Below are positions 61,302 to 64,000 of a DNA stretch of 64,000 bases, in pieces. The notes under the pieces were generated by a model. That model saw nothing but the letters and a program-made list of their open reading frames with translations, was not told where the DNA came from and ran no database searches. Each line of letters opens with the position of its first letter. Position 1 is the stretch's first letter. Source of the stretch: an uncultured Planctomycetota bacterium (GTDB lineage Bacteria > Planctomycetota > Planctomycetia > Gemmatales > HRBIN36); assembly GCA_937944855.1 (NCBI GenBank), contig CALFAY010000047.1:34367-98366 (forward strand), given 5' to 3'. The translations under genes were made by a program, and so were the position numbers.

Positions 61302-63212
61302 GTGATCCGCAGACTCGCCACACTTCCGCAGCAGTTTTGCCCCGTGGTCGGCTGCTGGCTGGCCGGCTTCGTCGTCGTGCTGTCGGGTCATGCCCAAGAA
61401 GCGGCCAGGACGGCCGCCATCGAGGAACTGGCCGGCTATCGCACCGTCGAGAATGCCATCGCCACGCGGCAAAGCCTGGCCGGGCCTTCGACTGCCGGAC
61501 TGGTCGGTTATCTTGGCGTCCACGTCGAGAAGGATGCCGACGGTCGGCCGCGCGTCGCCGCCGTGCAGCCCGGATCGCCTGCCGCCAAGACCGGCTTGAA
61601 GATCGGCGATTGGCTGCTCGAAGTGGCTGGCAAGGCGATCACGTCTTCCGAATCGCTGCGGGAAACGCTGCTCGCCCATTCTCCCGGCGAGGAGATCAGC
61701 CTGCGGATTCGCCGCGGCGACCAGACGCAGGAACTCCAGGCCCGCTTGACGGCACTGAGCCGACCGATGCGGCTGGGCAGCGAGCGGACCTTCATCGGCC
61801 TGCAACTGGAGGAGTCCCGGGGCGAAGGCGAAGGAGCCGCCGTGGCCCGCGTCGTCCCGGATTCACCCGCCGCCACTGCCGGCGTCCGACCCGGCGACAT
61901 CGTCCTCAAGATTAACGGCGAGAACCTGACCCGGGCCTCGGAACTCAGCGATGTCGTCGCTTCCCGTCGGCCCGGGGACGTGCTCACCCTCACCCTCCGC
62001 CGCGGCGACAAGGAAGAAGAGATCAAGGTGACGCTGGGCACGGATCGCGGCACGGGCAACCGGCCCGGCTTCGGCTTCGGCACGGGACGGCCTGAGGCGG
62101 GCGCGCCGGCCATTCCGCTGTGGCGCAAGGAAGTGATGCGCTTGGCCGTCATCCCCGTCGAGTTCGACGACATCAAGCACAACGACAAGATTCCCCTCGA
62201 CGAATGGGAAAAGCTCCTGTTCAGCAAAGGCGAGTATCGGGACAAGGACAATGCCACCGGCCAGCCAGTCTTCGGCAGCCTCAACGACTTCTTCCAGGAA
62301 CAGTCCTGCGGGGCGTTCCGCATCGAAGGCAAGGTCTTCCCCTGGGTCCAGGTGTCCAGGAAGCGCGGCGACTACTCGCAGGGATCGGGCACCAGCAACC
62401 GATCCGCCCTGCCCAGCGAAGCCCTGGACAAACTGCTGGATCGCGAAGGCCGTGACGCCGTCACCGGCTTCGACGCCCTGTTCTTCATCTACGCCGGGGA
62501 CCGGGTCCGCACCAATCCGGGAGCGGTGTACTACCCGCACGTTGGCAGTTTGATCCAGCGGGGCAGCAATCGCCGTTGGAACTACCTGCTCACCTACGAG
62601 GGCGGGGACCGGATGCTGACCCTCAACGGCTGCGCCAAGGAGTTCGCCCTGCTGCTGGGTCTGCCCAACCTGGCCGCGCGCACCGAGAATCCCGGCTCCG
62701 AAGGACTGGGGCCGTGGTGCCTGCTGTCCAACGTCAACGCTTCGGGTCGGCCGCAGCATCTGTGCGCCTGGGCCAAGGAGCAACTGGGCTGGATTCAGCC
62801 GACCGTCCTCGATCCCACCGTGCGGCAGAAGCTGATCCTGGCTCCCATCGAGGATTCGCCCAGGGAGTGCTTCAAGGTGCTGGCCCGGGCCGACGGCAGC
62901 GAGTATTTCCTGCTGGAGAATCGACAGAAGAAAGGCTTCGACAGCGACCTGCCCGGCGCCGGGCTGCTCATCTGGCGGGTGGTGAACAATCGGCCGATCC
63001 TGGAGGAATCACACGGCATCGAAGGCCCGGCCGGTCCGCGCGTGCAACTGGAGCACGTTCCGTATCCCAGCCCGGCCAACAACAGCTTCACGCCGCTGAC
63101 GACGCCGTCCAGCGTCTCCGTGCGGGGCGGTGGATTGCCGGTGCATATCACCGAAATCCGCCGACTGCCCGACGGCCGCATCGCCTTCCACATCGGCTAC
63201 GAGTACCAGTGA
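61302..63212 (+). CDS. Secreted M6-family protease paralog with two PDZ domains; zinc ligands replaced (predicted inactive)
   Basis: Colinear with the upstream gene, but HEFGHLLGLPDLY reads KEFALLLGLPNLA. GTG start with AAGGAG SD. Confidence 0.88.
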   Translation: MIRRLATLPQQFCPVVGCWLAGFVVVLSGHAQEAARTAAIEELAGYRTVENAIATRQSLAGPSTAGLVGYLGVHVEKDADGRPRVAAVQPGSPAAKTGLKIGDWLLEVAGKAITSSESLRETLLAHSPGEEISLRIRRGDQTQELQARLTALSRPMRLGSERTFIGLQLEESRGEGEGAAVARVVPDSPAATAGVRPGDIVLKINGENLTRASELSDVVASRRPGDVLTLTLRRGDKEEEIKVTLGTDRGTGNRPGFGFGTGRPEAGAPAIPLWRKEVMRLAVIPVEFDDIKHNDKIPLDEWEKLLFSKGEYRDKDNATGQPVFGSLNDFFQEQSCGAFRIEGKVFPWVQVSRKRGDYSQGSGTSNRSALPSEALDKLLDREGRDAVTGFDALFFIYAGDRVRTNPGAVYYPHVGSLIQRGSNRRWNYLLTYEGGDRMLTLNGCAKEFALLLGLPNLAARTENPGSEGLGPWCLLSNVNASGRPQHLCAWAKEQLGWIQPTVLDPTVRQKLILAPIEDSPRECFKVLARADGSEYFLLENRQKKGFDSDLPGAGLLIWRVVNNRPILEESHGIEGPAGPRVQLEHVPYPSPANNSFTPLTTPSSVSVRGGGLPVHITEIRRLPDGRIAFHIGYEYQ

Positions 63213-63222
63213 CAGACCCCTG

Positions 63223-64000
63223 TCACGGATTCCTCGTGCCGAAGCAGTACAGGTGCCGCTGGGCGCGGATGTAGAGTCGGTTGTCGGCAGCGGCCGGCGT
63301 GGCGATGATCGGTTCGCCGAGAGCATTGCGGGCCGCTTCCCGATACTCCTTCGGATCGGCGGCGAACACCACGACATCGCCTTCTTCGGTGGCGGCGTAG
63401 ATGTGTCCGTTCACGAGGATCGGCGAGGCGGACACGTTGCCGCCGATCCGCTGAATCCAGCAGTTCTCTCCCGTTGCCGCTACGAAACAGGCCGCAATGC
63501 CGTTGTCATTGACGAAGTAGAGGTGCTCTCCTGCCACCAGAACCGTCGGCACATAGGCGAACAGCTTGCGGCTTTCCCAGGCCAGGGCCGAGGAGGTCAC
63601 GTCGCCTTTGCCGCCGAGCCGTAACGCCACGGCATGCCGATCGCCGCCGCCGTCGCCGCTGGTGGCGAAGATCATGCCTTGCCCAAGCACCGGCGAGCCG
63701 ACCGTCCGCAGCGGAGACCGGGCGAACGTCCACGTCCACCGCCAGTTCTCGGAGCCGTCCTTGAGGTTGTAGCCAGTCAACCCCGCCGTGCTGGCGACGA
63801 TCAATTCTGGATCGGCCCCGGGTTTCTCCAGCACCACCGGCGTCGAATAGCAGGCCCGAAATGCCGGCCGATCCGCCTGCCACAGCACGTCGCCGTTGCG
63901 GGCGTCGAGCACGAGGACACGAGCCGAGCCGTCCTGATCGTTGACCACCACCACGCGGTCGTCGTGGAGGATGGGCGAATGTCCGGCCCCGTGCTGGCTG
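63223..64000 (-). CDS. PQQ-binding-like (BamB-like) beta-propeller protein, 5' end outside the window
   Basis: Repeats LDARNGDVLW, YSTP, TGENCW, SASP, ATPA...RLYIR; the frame continues to the window edge. Confidence 0.85.
   Translation of the reverse strand, partial: SQHGAGHSPILHDDRVVVVNDQDGSARVLVLDARNGDVLWQADRPAFRACYSTPVVLEKPGADPELIVASTAGLTGYNLKDGSENWRWTWTFARSPLRTVGSPVLGQGMIFATSGDGGGDRHAVALRLGGKGDVTSSALAWESRKLFAYVPTVLVAGEHLYFVNDNGIAACFVAATGENCWIQRIGGNVSASPILVNGHIYAATEEGDVVVFAADPKEYREAARNALGEPIIATPAAADNRLYIRAQRHLYCFGTRNP

Overview
This is a high-GC bacterial chromosome segment, most likely from a planctomycete. The evidence is the PVC 'small basic protein', a PVC-type CxxCH/propeller protein, an oversized signal peptidase I, Zn-ribbon membrane proteins and a Ser/Thr kinase-TPR protein. 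It carries about 40 CDS, one tRNA-Gly(GCC) and an internally deleted IS4-family (IS10-like) remnant. Housekeeping genes include tig, two clpP, an orphan rplC, nagB, xylB, lepA-lepB, folC, clpB, clpC, lpdA, cysTWA and ribH. Best candidates for undescribed systems: (1) a tightly coupled four-gene operon (14568-18252, - strand, behind a YbgC-like thioesterase) encoding a compact ExbB/TolQ-like subunit, an ExbD/TolR-like subunit with the conserved TM Asp, a second membrane protein and a TssM/IcmF-like protein with a degenerate P-loop; (2) a tandem pair of PDZ-PDZ-M6 metalloproteases in which the second copy has replaced all three zinc ligands and the Met-turn but keeps an intact ORF. Structured 5'UTRs in front of clpP, clpB and clpC are also notable. 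All protein calls come from motif recognition by eye; no database searches were run.
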